Positions 1 to 8,726 of a DNA stretch of 37,166 nucleotides are shown here, in pieces. The notes beneath the pieces are model-generated. The model was not told the DNA's origin, made no database searches, and saw only the letters and a program-made list of their open reading frames with translations. Within the stretch, counting starts at the first letter, position 1; each line of letters begins with the position of its first letter. The stretch is from IMG/VR virus record IMGVR_UViG_3300020420_000036, positions 1 through 37,166 of that record; one strand, written 5' to 3'. The DNA comes from a virus. Its lineage: Duplodnaviria; Caudoviricetes. Position numbers and translations under genes: made by a program.

Positions 1-2228
1 CTCACTCCGTTGTCGTTAAAACCATCTCCAAGAGATGAACTTACAGGTATGGATATTTCGTTGATGCCTGTCTGATTTGCGGTATGCACTTGCAAAATCA
101 TGTCGTTTGTTGTATAATTACCAGAACCATTTACATTCAAACCTCTAACTTTTATTTTCTCCACAGACCTAACATTTGACGATGTAATATTGACAGTCAG
201 ATCTTTTATAGTATACTGGGTATCTTTGGCTGTATCTGCATTTGGTATTCCTCCGGTCAAGAAAGAGTCTAATGGATTGTCCACCTCAGAATAAGAATAA
301 TTTTCACTCGCAATAGAACTTCCATTTGTCCCTTCTAAGTTTGTACTGGAAGAAACTTCTATCACATTATTAGTCACTCTATAAGTTTGACCTATGAAGT
401 TTGTTATTTGTATTCCGCTCCATGTCAAAGATGACCCAGTATCGTAGTAGGGAATACCACTAATGTACTTGTATGTTCCAGTTTTTTCTGTTATAGTACC
501 ATTCGTAACTGTCGGAGTAGATGTCAAATCATCTTTGACAAATTCTACTTTGTTTGTGCTTCCAGTTTCTGTATGTGTCAATTTAAAACTATTGACACCA
601 TTTGGAATTGTGTTAGAATTCTTTGATACTTTTGCTTTAAATCCCTTGTACAGATCCGGATGATATATACTTGAATTAAAATTAGTTGAAGCACCTTCTG
701 CATTGAGAAGATTGTAGTCACTTTCCTGCGTGACAACTAAACTTCCATGTGTCCCTGTGTTACTTCCAGCAGTTAAGGTGACTGAACCATCTGCAGTCTC
801 ATTCACTACAGCACTCAACGCACCAGAATCAGCATTATACGCAAATGAAGTTATCTCACTAGACTCAGTAGTTCCAGAAGTCGATGTAATTCTATTAACC
901 TCGCCCCCAGCAGATTGAGTTGTGACTCCGGTATTATCTGTAAATCCATGTGCAAGTCTTGGAGAAGAACCGACATCCTCAGTGAATGTGATTGTCTTTG
1001 TGTTTAATCCATTTGGGGGATCTATATCATCGTTGTATACTTTCAAAGATAATGTAGTATTCATTGGAATGGCTGCTGGATCTGCAGTGGTGTGAGAATC
1101 CAATGTTAATCTGAGTATGTCTCTTCCAGTTCCGGACTCAGTTCCTTGAACCCATGTATGTTGTAGTCTGTCTCCACTCACTCCACCAGCAGCAGAATCG
1201 CTTGCGATTGTGTCGTTAGTGGAACCATCTCCCCAATCCATAGAGTAAGTAACATCGCCCATTGAAGTATTCGTTGTGATATTCTGCATCCACAAAGAGT
1301 TTCCTTCTACAACATATAAATTGTTTCCTGTCAGCTGCGAACCACCAGAAGAATTGCGATATAAACGAAAAGCAACTGATGGGTTTGCAGTATAAATTAT
1401 GATATAATCTTCTCTGGTGTGAGAGGCTTCACTTCCAGTTCCTGTTCCCTGATTGTGAAATGCTCGGACTGTAATAGTATAAGGACTATTCGTATTAGAT
1501 GTATATGTGTGACTTGGGGATGAAGAAGAAGTTCCATTAAGAGTATCTCCATCTCCCCAATCTATGTCATATCGATTTGGATTTCCATCAGAGACTATAT
1601 CTAATGTGACAGTCAAACCTTCACCGCCGGATGTTGGATTCCCTGAGAAAAAAACACTCTTGACAAATGTATTATTTCTGATATTATCTAATGCTTCATT
1701 GAGATCGTCAATGACATCTGCAGTCTTCGCAGTATTTGATATTCCTATCGCACCGTCATCATAAGATCCATCTGTAGGAGATCCTATAGTCAATTCTGTC
1801 GCGGTTAGAGTTGCACTGACGGACAGAGTTCCTACTTTAGTTACTGAATCATAATCAAATATTAGATTGCCATTGAATATAAGTTTTTCTACCTCTACAT
1901 CATTTATCGCAACTCCACCAATATCTGTGCCAGAAACTATTTGTGAACTTCCAACCTGTATCCATTGACTGTTGTGAGAATAATATAAATCTCCAGTAGA
2001 TAAATCTTTTGCAAGTCTACCACTTTCCGGATCCGCAGGGAAGTCTGCGAAGGTTGCGAAATCTTCGTATTTAATTGCACTGAGATTGGCTCGAAATTGG
2101 TCTAGTGTACTAGTTCCAGTTCCACCACTTGCGACCTCAAGAACATCATCCTCATTGAATTCTCCAAGGATAACTTCTCCATCACTCTGGAATATAGCCT
2201 TTAACGGTCTTGGTGTATTAAATGCCAA
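1..2228 (-). CDS. PKD-domain-containing virion structural/fibre protein, 3'-truncated by the window edge (>740 aa)
   Basis: Absent from the ORF track, as expected for a frame with no stop inside the window. My translation from TTG at 2228, behind AGGAGA overlapping the PAAR stop: MAFNTPRPLKAIFQSDGEVILGEFNEDDVLEVASGGTG...IGSPTDGSYDDGAIG...DVIDDLNEAL...YDIDWGDG...SHTYTS...YSMDWGDG...LQHTW. It has two WGDG/HT(Y/W) PKD-type motifs and is S/T/G/N-rich. I translated it stop-free down to about 900. Confidence 0.85.
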   Translation of the reverse strand, partial: MAFNTPRPLKAIFQSDGEVILGEFNEDDVLEVASGGTGTSTLDQFRANLSAIKYEDFATFADFPADPESGRLAKDLSTGDLYYSHNSQWIQVGSSQIVSGTDIGGVAINDVEVEKLIFNGNLIFDYDSVTKVGTLSVSATLTATELTIGSPTDGSYDDGAIGISNTAKTADVIDDLNEALDNIRNNTFVKSVFFSGNPTSGGEGLTVTLDIVSDGNPNRYDIDWGDGDTLNGTSSSSPSHTYTSNTNSPYTITVRAFHNQGTGTGSEASHTREDYIIIYTANPSVAFRLYRNSSGGSQLTGNNLYVVEGNSLWMQNITTNTSMGDVTYSMDWGDGSTNDTIASDSAAGGVSGDRLQHTWVQGTESGTGRDILRLTLDSHTTADPAAIPMNTTLSLKVYNDDIDPPNGLNTKTITFTEDVGSSPRLAHGFTDNTGVTTQSAGGEVNRITSTSGTTESSEITSFAYNADSGALSAVVNETADGSVTLTAGSNTGTHGSLVVTQESDYNLLNAEGASTNFNSSIYHPDLYKGFKAKVSKNSNTIPNGVNSFKLTHTETGSTNKVEFVKDDLTSTPTVTNGTITEKTGTYKYISGIPYYDTGSSLTWSGIQITNFIGQTYRVTNNVIEVSSSTNLEGTNGSSIASENYSYSEVDNPLDSFLTGGIPNADTAKDTQYTIKDLTVNITSSNVRSVEKIKVRGLNVNGSGNYTTNDMILQVHTANQTGINEISIPVSSSLGDGFNDNGV

Positions 2229-2239
2229 ATTATATCTCC

Positions 2240-2527
2240 TTACCCACCAGCACTAACATTGTCACTTCCCTGCAGAATAGCAGACCCGCAAGATACTGGA
2301 TCTCCCTTTCTTGCGAGAGGTTTTCCGTTCACATAAACACTAGAAGATCCCACAGAAGTAACTCCTCCGTGTTTAGAATTTCCGCAAGGATGTAAATTCC
2401 AAGCATCTCCTTTTCTATGTGCCGCCTTTCCATTTACAAAGACGTTATTACTACCCTTGATGCAAGCTCTAGGTGCATAACAACCATGACCTGTACAAGA
2501 GTCTCCTAATCTAGTTACAGCTGACAT
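2240..2527 (-). CDS. gp5.4: PAAR-domain spike tip protein (T4 gp5.4-like)
   Basis: Three PAAR-type repeats (AVTRLGD, AAHRKGD, PLARKGD), NVFVNGK/SVYVNGK strands, and metal-binding His/Cys in CTGHGC, HPC..KH and SCGS. Confidence 0.95.
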   Translation of the reverse strand: MSAVTRLGDSCTGHGCYAPRACIKGSNNVFVNGKAAHRKGDAWNLHPCGNSKHGGVTSVGSSSVYVNGKPLARKGDPVSCGSAILQGSDNVSAGG

Positions 2528-5186
2528 ATATTGGGTATCCTCTTGTCGTAACTCTTTCTGGATTGTCTTCGTAGTAAGTTTGTTCGTCTACTTCTTCTTT
2601 ACAATCCAATTTAAATTCTTCTATTCTTTCTAATCTTTCGTAAGTTTCTTCTTCGAAAGGATTGCCTTTTGATAACTCCAGAAACTCTATTTCTTCATTA
2701 AATTGTTCCAGAGTAAGATTGGTTCTTCCTGCTCTATAATCCTTTGTCAATTCATCGATAGATTCTTGTATCGCGGCGATATTGGTATCTACATCAAACC
2801 TATAATGACCCTGACTTCTCATATAGGTCAACCATTCGTATTCATCTTCTCTGTCAGATATACCTTCAGTATTTAATAAGAACCTATCTTTATCATAAGT
2901 ATAATTATTATTTATGGGGAAAATTAAGTCAATCTGTTTTATTAATCCGCTAGCCGTAGATAACTCTGATTCTAAAACTATCAGTCCGTTGACTCTCTGT
3001 AGACTTTCCAGTACAATTCTTAGTTCATCATTCACAAATATCTGATTTGTATTTGATTCTAGAAACGAACCTTCAATATTATCTATTTCATAACGTATGA
3101 TATTAAGATCTTCTGGGTCTGCGCCAAGAACAGAAAACTCTCTGGTATAATTAAATAGAATCCTTGTCACCGTAGCAGAGCCCTGTAAGTTGCCAGAACT
3201 ATCTCTTTGTGTTATAATATCTCCAACAGAGAAACCAACGTCATCTATAATATCTATAGTTCCTTTCGTTGTTGCTCTACCAACAATTGTAACTTCTATT
3301 TCTTTGACCTGTTCCGGATTAAAATCGTCGTAGTTGGTGTCTATCTCCAAATTTTGATTTTTAACCCACGATTCATACGAATACTGATTTAAGAACTGTT
3401 CTGTCTCTCCTATATTTCCACTAATAATAGAATTATTGAGAGTCAAACAATTGGGCAATCTGCCATTTACTACTTCATATACAAAATTAAAAGTATCTCC
3501 TATTGCATTTTGATCTAGATCGTGGTATACTGGGTCAAACTCAAAGAGTTTTCCAAATGCAGCATCTCTTCCCACCACACTTTGAGAAAATCTATATTCT
3601 TGATCTACATTTTCTGCAGTAGTTTCTTTTATGTATTCTGTTTGCATTAATCTAGTACTATTATTCATAACCATGACATGAGGAACAGTATGACCTAAAT
3701 GAGATCCTCCATTTACTGGATGATTAGATTCCGGTCTATAATATAATGTTTCATGTGGTTTTATAGAATCATGCGAAGATAAGTTTGTCGATAAGAACAA
3801 ATCATTAATATACTCATAGAGAGTATCGTAGTCTTTATAATATCCAGCATATCTTGCTTCCATAGTATTGTAGAATACAAATACTTCCCCGGCCTCTGTG
3901 ACTACATATTTACCACCAAATTTAATTTCTTCATATCTAAACTTGAAGATATTCTTATCTGGGATGTGGACTTTTGTTTGTAAAAACTGTTCGTCTGGAA
4001 TATATGCAGTATCTGTAGAAGTTTTGACATATGGAACATAACCAAGATAATCCTGATAATCGTCTAGTTCAATATAGAATATACTACGAATAAAAGTTTT
4101 ATCGCTGTCAGAGATATACTTTGGTTCTAGATTAATTAATATATCATTTTTTTCTTGAGTATAAAATTGAGTTTCAATTACAAGATCCGAAATGATTTCG
4201 TGATGTTCACCTGATGCTGCTTGTTTTGGCATATATCTTTGGAAGAAATTATTAATAGGATGATATTCTACATTAGGACTTCCGTAAACTAAATTCTGAG
4301 CCTCGTATACTCTATCTACATCATTATCAAAGAACATAGAGTCATCTATTTCTTCTATGGTATCTTTAAATTCTAAAAAGTATAATCCAGTTTCTGGATT
4401 TTGTAAGATTGGAACTTTTTGATCAAATGTAGATCTTTCTATTTCTCGATATATTCCCTTTTCTTCTATATCCAATATGAAAGCATTTCTGTTTAATGAA
4501 AAATCTTCTAACCTTGATCTAATAAACAAATCTCTGACAATATTTAAGTTGAGAGTTCCGTCAAGTGGGTTTAACGCTCCTTTTGCTTCTTCTCTATTTG
4601 TGCTAAAATAAAGTGCTTGGAGTAATTGTTTAGATTCTATATCTTGGATTCCAAGTTCTTTTATTTGTTCCTTGACTGTATTTAAATTTCTGAGAGCATA
4701 TTCTTTCTTTCGATCAAATGCGTCTAATGTCATAGAAGAATAAGTCAACAGTTGTGCCTGAATCTTTGAGGTTATTTGTTCATACGACATACCAGTTGAC
4801 AACAAATTATCAAGAGATTGATATATTTCTGAAACATATTTGGTGTTTACTAGATTGGTATTATCTTCTGTATTAAATGAAGATCCCAAAATATATTCAA
4901 GATTGTGTTCTGGAGAATCAAAGAATGTATTGTACATTTCTCCGCTATAAACTTCCTTCGTATCAAATGAAGTGGAAGTCACCCTATCAAGATAGTCACT
5001 GTACTTAAATGGATCATAGAAAATATTTTGACGCTCAGAAAACCCATCAACCATATCTATGACATATTCTTTAAAATGATTTTCGTATGTAATATCAACT
5101 TCAGAAGCTTCCGTAAAAACAAATGAAGATGTGCGAACTGTCTTCGCCTTTGTTATAATATTACCTCTACCGAAAAAAACTGGCAT
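2511..5186 (-). CDS. Hypothetical 891-aa acidic protein, probably virion structural; putative Ig-like (He_PIG-type) segment in C-terminal half
   Basis: Long ORF starting 1 nt after the upstream stop and overlapping the PAAR gene by 17 nt. FVYEVVNGRLPNCLTLNNSIISG resembles the He_PIG motif (GxLPxGLTL...GxISG). Confidence 0.75.
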   Translation of the reverse strand: MPVFFGRGNIITKAKTVRTSSFVFTEASEVDITYENHFKEYVIDMVDGFSERQNIFYDPFKYSDYLDRVTSTSFDTKEVYSGEMYNTFFDSPEHNLEYILGSSFNTEDNTNLVNTKYVSEIYQSLDNLLSTGMSYEQITSKIQAQLLTYSSMTLDAFDRKKEYALRNLNTVKEQIKELGIQDIESKQLLQALYFSTNREEAKGALNPLDGTLNLNIVRDLFIRSRLEDFSLNRNAFILDIEEKGIYREIERSTFDQKVPILQNPETGLYFLEFKDTIEEIDDSMFFDNDVDRVYEAQNLVYGSPNVEYHPINNFFQRYMPKQAASGEHHEIISDLVIETQFYTQEKNDILINLEPKYISDSDKTFIRSIFYIELDDYQDYLGYVPYVKTSTDTAYIPDEQFLQTKVHIPDKNIFKFRYEEIKFGGKYVVTEAGEVFVFYNTMEARYAGYYKDYDTLYEYINDLFLSTNLSSHDSIKPHETLYYRPESNHPVNGGSHLGHTVPHVMVMNNSTRLMQTEYIKETTAENVDQEYRFSQSVVGRDAAFGKLFEFDPVYHDLDQNAIGDTFNFVYEVVNGRLPNCLTLNNSIISGNIGETEQFLNQYSYESWVKNQNLEIDTNYDDFNPEQVKEIEVTIVGRATTKGTIDIIDDVGFSVGDIITQRDSSGNLQGSATVTRILFNYTREFSVLGADPEDLNIIRYEIDNIEGSFLESNTNQIFVNDELRIVLESLQRVNGLIVLESELSTASGLIKQIDLIFPINNNYTYDKDRFLLNTEGISDREDEYEWLTYMRSQGHYRFDVDTNIAAIQESIDELTKDYRAGRTNLTLEQFNEEIEFLELSKGNPFEEETYERLERIEEFKLDCKEEVDEQTYYEDNPERVTTRGYPIYVSCN

Positions 5187-5187
5187 C

Positions 5188-8100
5188 TTACAACCTTATA
5201 TTCCTATTTCTTCCAAGTCTATCTATAAACGGCCCAATAAATTGATCAGAAGTCAAAATTCTAAAGGGTGCTAACTTATAAAAAGTCATTGTCCCATCTC
5301 TCAATCTAATGATTCCCTTTGTTACTGTATCATCATTTACTTCGTCTGGATCTGCGCCGTCATCAACATTTTCTGATGGTGTTTCTGTTTCGCCAACTCC
5401 ATCACTAATATTTCCTGCTCCAGTTTCTGATTCATCCGTATCGTCTGTTATTTCGTTTGCTTCATCTTCTGCAGTATCTGTTTCGTCTGTTATTTCACTT
5501 ACTTCATCTTCCACAACATCGGTAGAATCTCCGATATTAGATGGATCTTCTTCAAAATCATCTGTAGAGTCTCCAACTTGTGACGGTGTTTCTTCCGCAA
5601 CATCAGCAGAATCTCCAGTGTCATCTGGTTGTTCAGTTCCAACATCAGTTGAGTCTCCCGTATCTTCTGGTTGTTCAGTTCCAATATCAGCAGAGTCTCC
5701 TGTATCTTGTGGATCTACCTCACCGACATCAGTAGAATCTCCAGTATCGTCGGGTTGAACTTCACCAAGATCTGCCGAATCGCCGGTATCTTGCGGATCA
5801 ACTTCGCCGACATCAGTAGAGTCTCCAGTATCATTTGGGTCTACTTCTCCAAGATCTGCTGAATCTCCAGTATCATTTGGGTCTACTTCTCCAAGATCTG
5901 CTGAATCTCCAGTATCATTTGGATCTACCTCGCCGACATCTGGAGATATCGCAGTGTCTTCTGTAACTTCTATTGCATCATCTGGGGATATAGAAACATC
6001 CGGAGCGTCTTCTAATACTTCATCTGCTGGATCTGATATATCGGATGCTTCTTCCTCTGCCTCATCGGAAGATAATCCGACATCAGATATTGGATCTACT
6101 GCGTTATCTGGTGGCGCAACAGTGTCGGAGGATTCTTCTAAACTTTCATCAGAAGATACGCCAACATCAGATATTGGATCTACTGCGTTATCTGGCGGAG
6201 CAACAGTATCTACTATTTCTTGTTCAGAAACATCTGCAGAATCTCCTGTATCGATTACTTCTTGTTCTGCATTTATAACTTCTGGAGAAGTTTCTCCTAA
6301 TTCATCTTCTGCTAATTGAGTTGATTGTGTGTCTTCTCCAACAGTGTCCGTACCTTCTCTTGTGGTTGAAGCCTCGTCTCCTACAATATCTTCTCCGAAG
6401 ATAGTAGAATCAGATTCTTCTTCGCGTTCTTCCTCTCCAGTAACAGCCTGGGTGCTTTCGTCTCCTATCACATCGGATGATGAAATCGTTTCGTCGGTTT
6501 CGTCTCCTATAGAATCTTCTCCGGAAACAGTAGAATCGGTTTCTTCATCTCTTGATTCTTCTCCAGTAACACTCTGAGTAGTTTCATCTTCGACTACAGA
6601 TTCGCCACTGACTGAATCGTCAGTATCAAATAATCTTAAAATATTTTCTACAAATTCACTTTCTTCTGTAGATACAAACCTCAACAGATCTTGTATCTCT
6701 GGGACATCTTCCGTAAAATCTAGAGCCCGAAGTTCTTCAATTATATCATCAAAAGATGATTCTATTATCAAACTTTCAAAATTATTTTCTAGTTCCGATA
6801 TAAGAGTTTGATCTAGTAGTTGAACCTTATCGGTATCTTCTATTAAATTCTGAAAATTTTCTAAGAATGTTTCTACAAAACTTTCAATGTTAAGATTAAC
6901 CAGAGTATCTAGAAGAGTTGTCTCTGCCAAATCATATTGGAATTCTGATTGTTTTTCTAGTTCCTCAATTAAAGTTTTTGCAAAGACATCATCTATGTCT
7001 GTTATCTCTGTTCTTCTTATAGTTTCTAAATCAAAGGATTCTTGTTCTTCTCCAAATAATCTCTGTAGTGCATCGACTAATAATTCTTCTTCAGCGGTAA
7101 CTAATGTTTTGATTAGGGCTTCTTCTATAAATTCGGAAACTAATTTTGTCAATACATCTACTATTTCTGATCGCTCTGCGAACAATCTATCACTAAATTC
7201 GTCTATAGTTCTAAAGCCTATTGATTTTATTTCATGGAAAGATTTCGCTTCAAATTTATCGGTTTCTAATGAGGTCTGGAATGATTGTATATTGGATTGT
7301 ATTAATTCATCTAACTCACCAAACAATTGAGTATTTTGTTGTATAATGTCTGATGTTTCATCAAATTGTGGATCTACATTAATTCCTAGAGCTTCTTGAA
7401 TATCTACAAATACTTGAGGATTGGATTGTTCTATTTCCTGTAAATCTTGGAATGTTTGTATAGATTGTTCAACATTCTCAATTAATTCATCTATTGGTTT
7501 TGGATCTTGTAAATCAATTAACTCAGAAAGTTCCCCAAGAACTTTATCATTAATTTCAGTAGACTCTAAGAAATCTGCAAATGCTTGTTGAGATAAATCC
7601 GCATCATCAGAACTTTCGCCCACAGATTGTTGAATTGCCTGTAGTACTTCTTTTGTTTCTGTCAGTGTTTGTGTTTTTTCTTCTACTAATTCGGAAACAT
7701 TTATTTGGGTTGTTTCGGAAATTATAGATGATTCTTCTGCAGTAGTTGTGGAATCTATTTCAGAAGTATCCTGAGTTTCATCGGTATCTGTAGTTTGTAC
7801 AGAAGCAGTATCTTGAGTTTCGTCAGTATCTGTAGTTTGTGTTTCGGTAGTATCCTGAGTTTCGTCAATATCTGTAGTTTGTACAGAAGTAGTTTCTGAT
7901 ACTTCAGAGAACATTTCGTTCAATCTATTTGTGAATGATTCTTTTAATTGTTCTGAAGTATTCTCTATATCGATTATTAAATTTTCTTCAGCATCCGAAG
8001 CAAATTGTTGTATGAGAGTTTCGTCTGATAAAATATCTTCTACAATATTTCTAGAAGTATCGTTTATAATTTCTCTAAAGCTGTCAAATACTCGACTCAG

Positions 8101-8661
8101 AGAATTTAAATCTATTTCCCCAGATGTATCTGTTTCTATGAATCCGGATTTTTGTAAAACTTCTAGGATTAATTCTGGTTCTATTTGATCTAGTGTAGAG
8201 GTTGCAGAACTTCTATTCGCAGTAATCGCTTCTGATAAACTTGAAGCAATAATAGATGTCAGAATATCTGATATTCTGGTATTTTCGTCGGTAGAAGATT
8301 GTGTTGAAAATTTAGCCGGTTCATTTGACAGAGGATCATTTATTTCAACATTCCATGTAAAGGAATCCGTAACTTCAAAGAGAAATCCAGCAGATCTTTC
8401 CAAAATCTGTATTTCATATTCTACTGGTTCATTTATGACTTGATGATTAACTTCTAATCGTAATCTATCTCCATTTTGTACAGATACGATATTTCCCCAG
8501 AAAATATCATCAACATACATAAAACCATTTTGAAAGACCAGTACAACGGAATCATCTAAACCGGAAATTACAATTTCATTAGATCCGACAGATTGAGGTT
8601 GTGCTCCAATCTCTGTAGCGACATAATCCTCAAATAAAAATATTGTTTTAAAATCTGCCAT
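5188..8661 (-). CDS. Hyper-acidic 1157-aa repeat protein (14-residue periodicity) with short basic C-terminal tail; function unknown
   Basis: Long ORF, extremely D/E/S/T-rich. It contains repeats such as ADLGEVDPNDTGDS and an Arg-rich final 41 aa. Confidence 0.85.
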   Translation of the reverse strand: MADFKTIFLFEDYVATEIGAQPQSVGSNEIVISGLDDSVVLVFQNGFMYVDDIFWGNIVSVQNGDRLRLEVNHQVINEPVEYEIQILERSAGFLFEVTDSFTWNVEINDPLSNEPAKFSTQSSTDENTRISDILTSIIASSLSEAITANRSSATSTLDQIEPELILEVLQKSGFIETDTSGEIDLNSLSRVFDSFREIINDTSRNIVEDILSDETLIQQFASDAEENLIIDIENTSEQLKESFTNRLNEMFSEVSETTSVQTTDIDETQDTTETQTTDTDETQDTASVQTTDTDETQDTSEIDSTTTAEESSIISETTQINVSELVEEKTQTLTETKEVLQAIQQSVGESSDDADLSQQAFADFLESTEINDKVLGELSELIDLQDPKPIDELIENVEQSIQTFQDLQEIEQSNPQVFVDIQEALGINVDPQFDETSDIIQQNTQLFGELDELIQSNIQSFQTSLETDKFEAKSFHEIKSIGFRTIDEFSDRLFAERSEIVDVLTKLVSEFIEEALIKTLVTAEEELLVDALQRLFGEEQESFDLETIRRTEITDIDDVFAKTLIEELEKQSEFQYDLAETTLLDTLVNLNIESFVETFLENFQNLIEDTDKVQLLDQTLISELENNFESLIIESSFDDIIEELRALDFTEDVPEIQDLLRFVSTEESEFVENILRLFDTDDSVSGESVVEDETTQSVTGEESRDEETDSTVSGEDSIGDETDETISSSDVIGDESTQAVTGEEEREEESDSTIFGEDIVGDEASTTREGTDTVGEDTQSTQLAEDELGETSPEVINAEQEVIDTGDSADVSEQEIVDTVAPPDNAVDPISDVGVSSDESLEESSDTVAPPDNAVDPISDVGLSSDEAEEEASDISDPADEVLEDAPDVSISPDDAIEVTEDTAISPDVGEVDPNDTGDSADLGEVDPNDTGDSADLGEVDPNDTGDSTDVGEVDPQDTGDSADLGEVQPDDTGDSTDVGEVDPQDTGDSADIGTEQPEDTGDSTDVGTEQPDDTGDSADVAEETPSQVGDSTDDFEEDPSNIGDSTDVVEDEVSEITDETDTAEDEANEITDDTDESETGAGNISDGVGETETPSENVDDGADPDEVNDDTVTKGIIRLRDGTMTFYKLAPFRILTSDQFIGPFIDRLGRNRNIRL
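5314..6615 (-). repeat. Coding tandem array of 31 x 42 bp (14 aa) degenerate units, including two exact 42-bp copies at 5822-5905
   Basis: 1302 nt = 31 x 42. Units stay in register from SVSGESVVEDETTQ to ADPDEVNDDTVTKG. tctccagtatcatttgggtctacttctccaagatctgctgaa occurs twice exactly. Confidence 0.9.
7762..7887 (-). repeat. Three 42-bp (14 aa) coding repeats
   Basis: SVQTTDIDETQDTT / ETQTTDTDETQDTA / SVQTTDTDETQDTS. Confidence 0.9.
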
Positions 8662-8677
8662 CGGGTTCTCTGGATAT

Positions 8678-8704
8678 AAAAAAAGGAGACATTGGCCTCC
8701 TTTT
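8678..8704 (-). terminator. Rho-independent terminator after the paralogue triplet
   Basis: Minus strand reads AAAA-GGAGGC-CAAT-GTCTCC-TTTTTTT, a 6-bp stem (one G-U pair) plus a 7-T tract, 22 nt after the stop at 8727. Confidence 0.85.
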
Positions 8705-8711
8705 ATTTATG
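8704..8711 (-). promoter_or_regulatory. Putative T4-type late promoter CATAAATA
   Basis: 7/8 match to TATAAATA, intergenic, correct strand, about 42 nt upstream of the ATG at 8661. Confidence 0.6.
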
Positions 8712-8726
8712 ATGATTTATTGAGGT

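Noticed and set aside
2909-2916. CATAAATA inside the 891-aa gene, upstream of PAAR
   Set aside because: Intragenic AT-rich 8-mer about 380 nt from the next start, plausibly chance.
5600-5940. 42-bp repeats as a CRISPR array
   Set aside because: Tandem, in-frame and without unique spacers, so a coding repeat.
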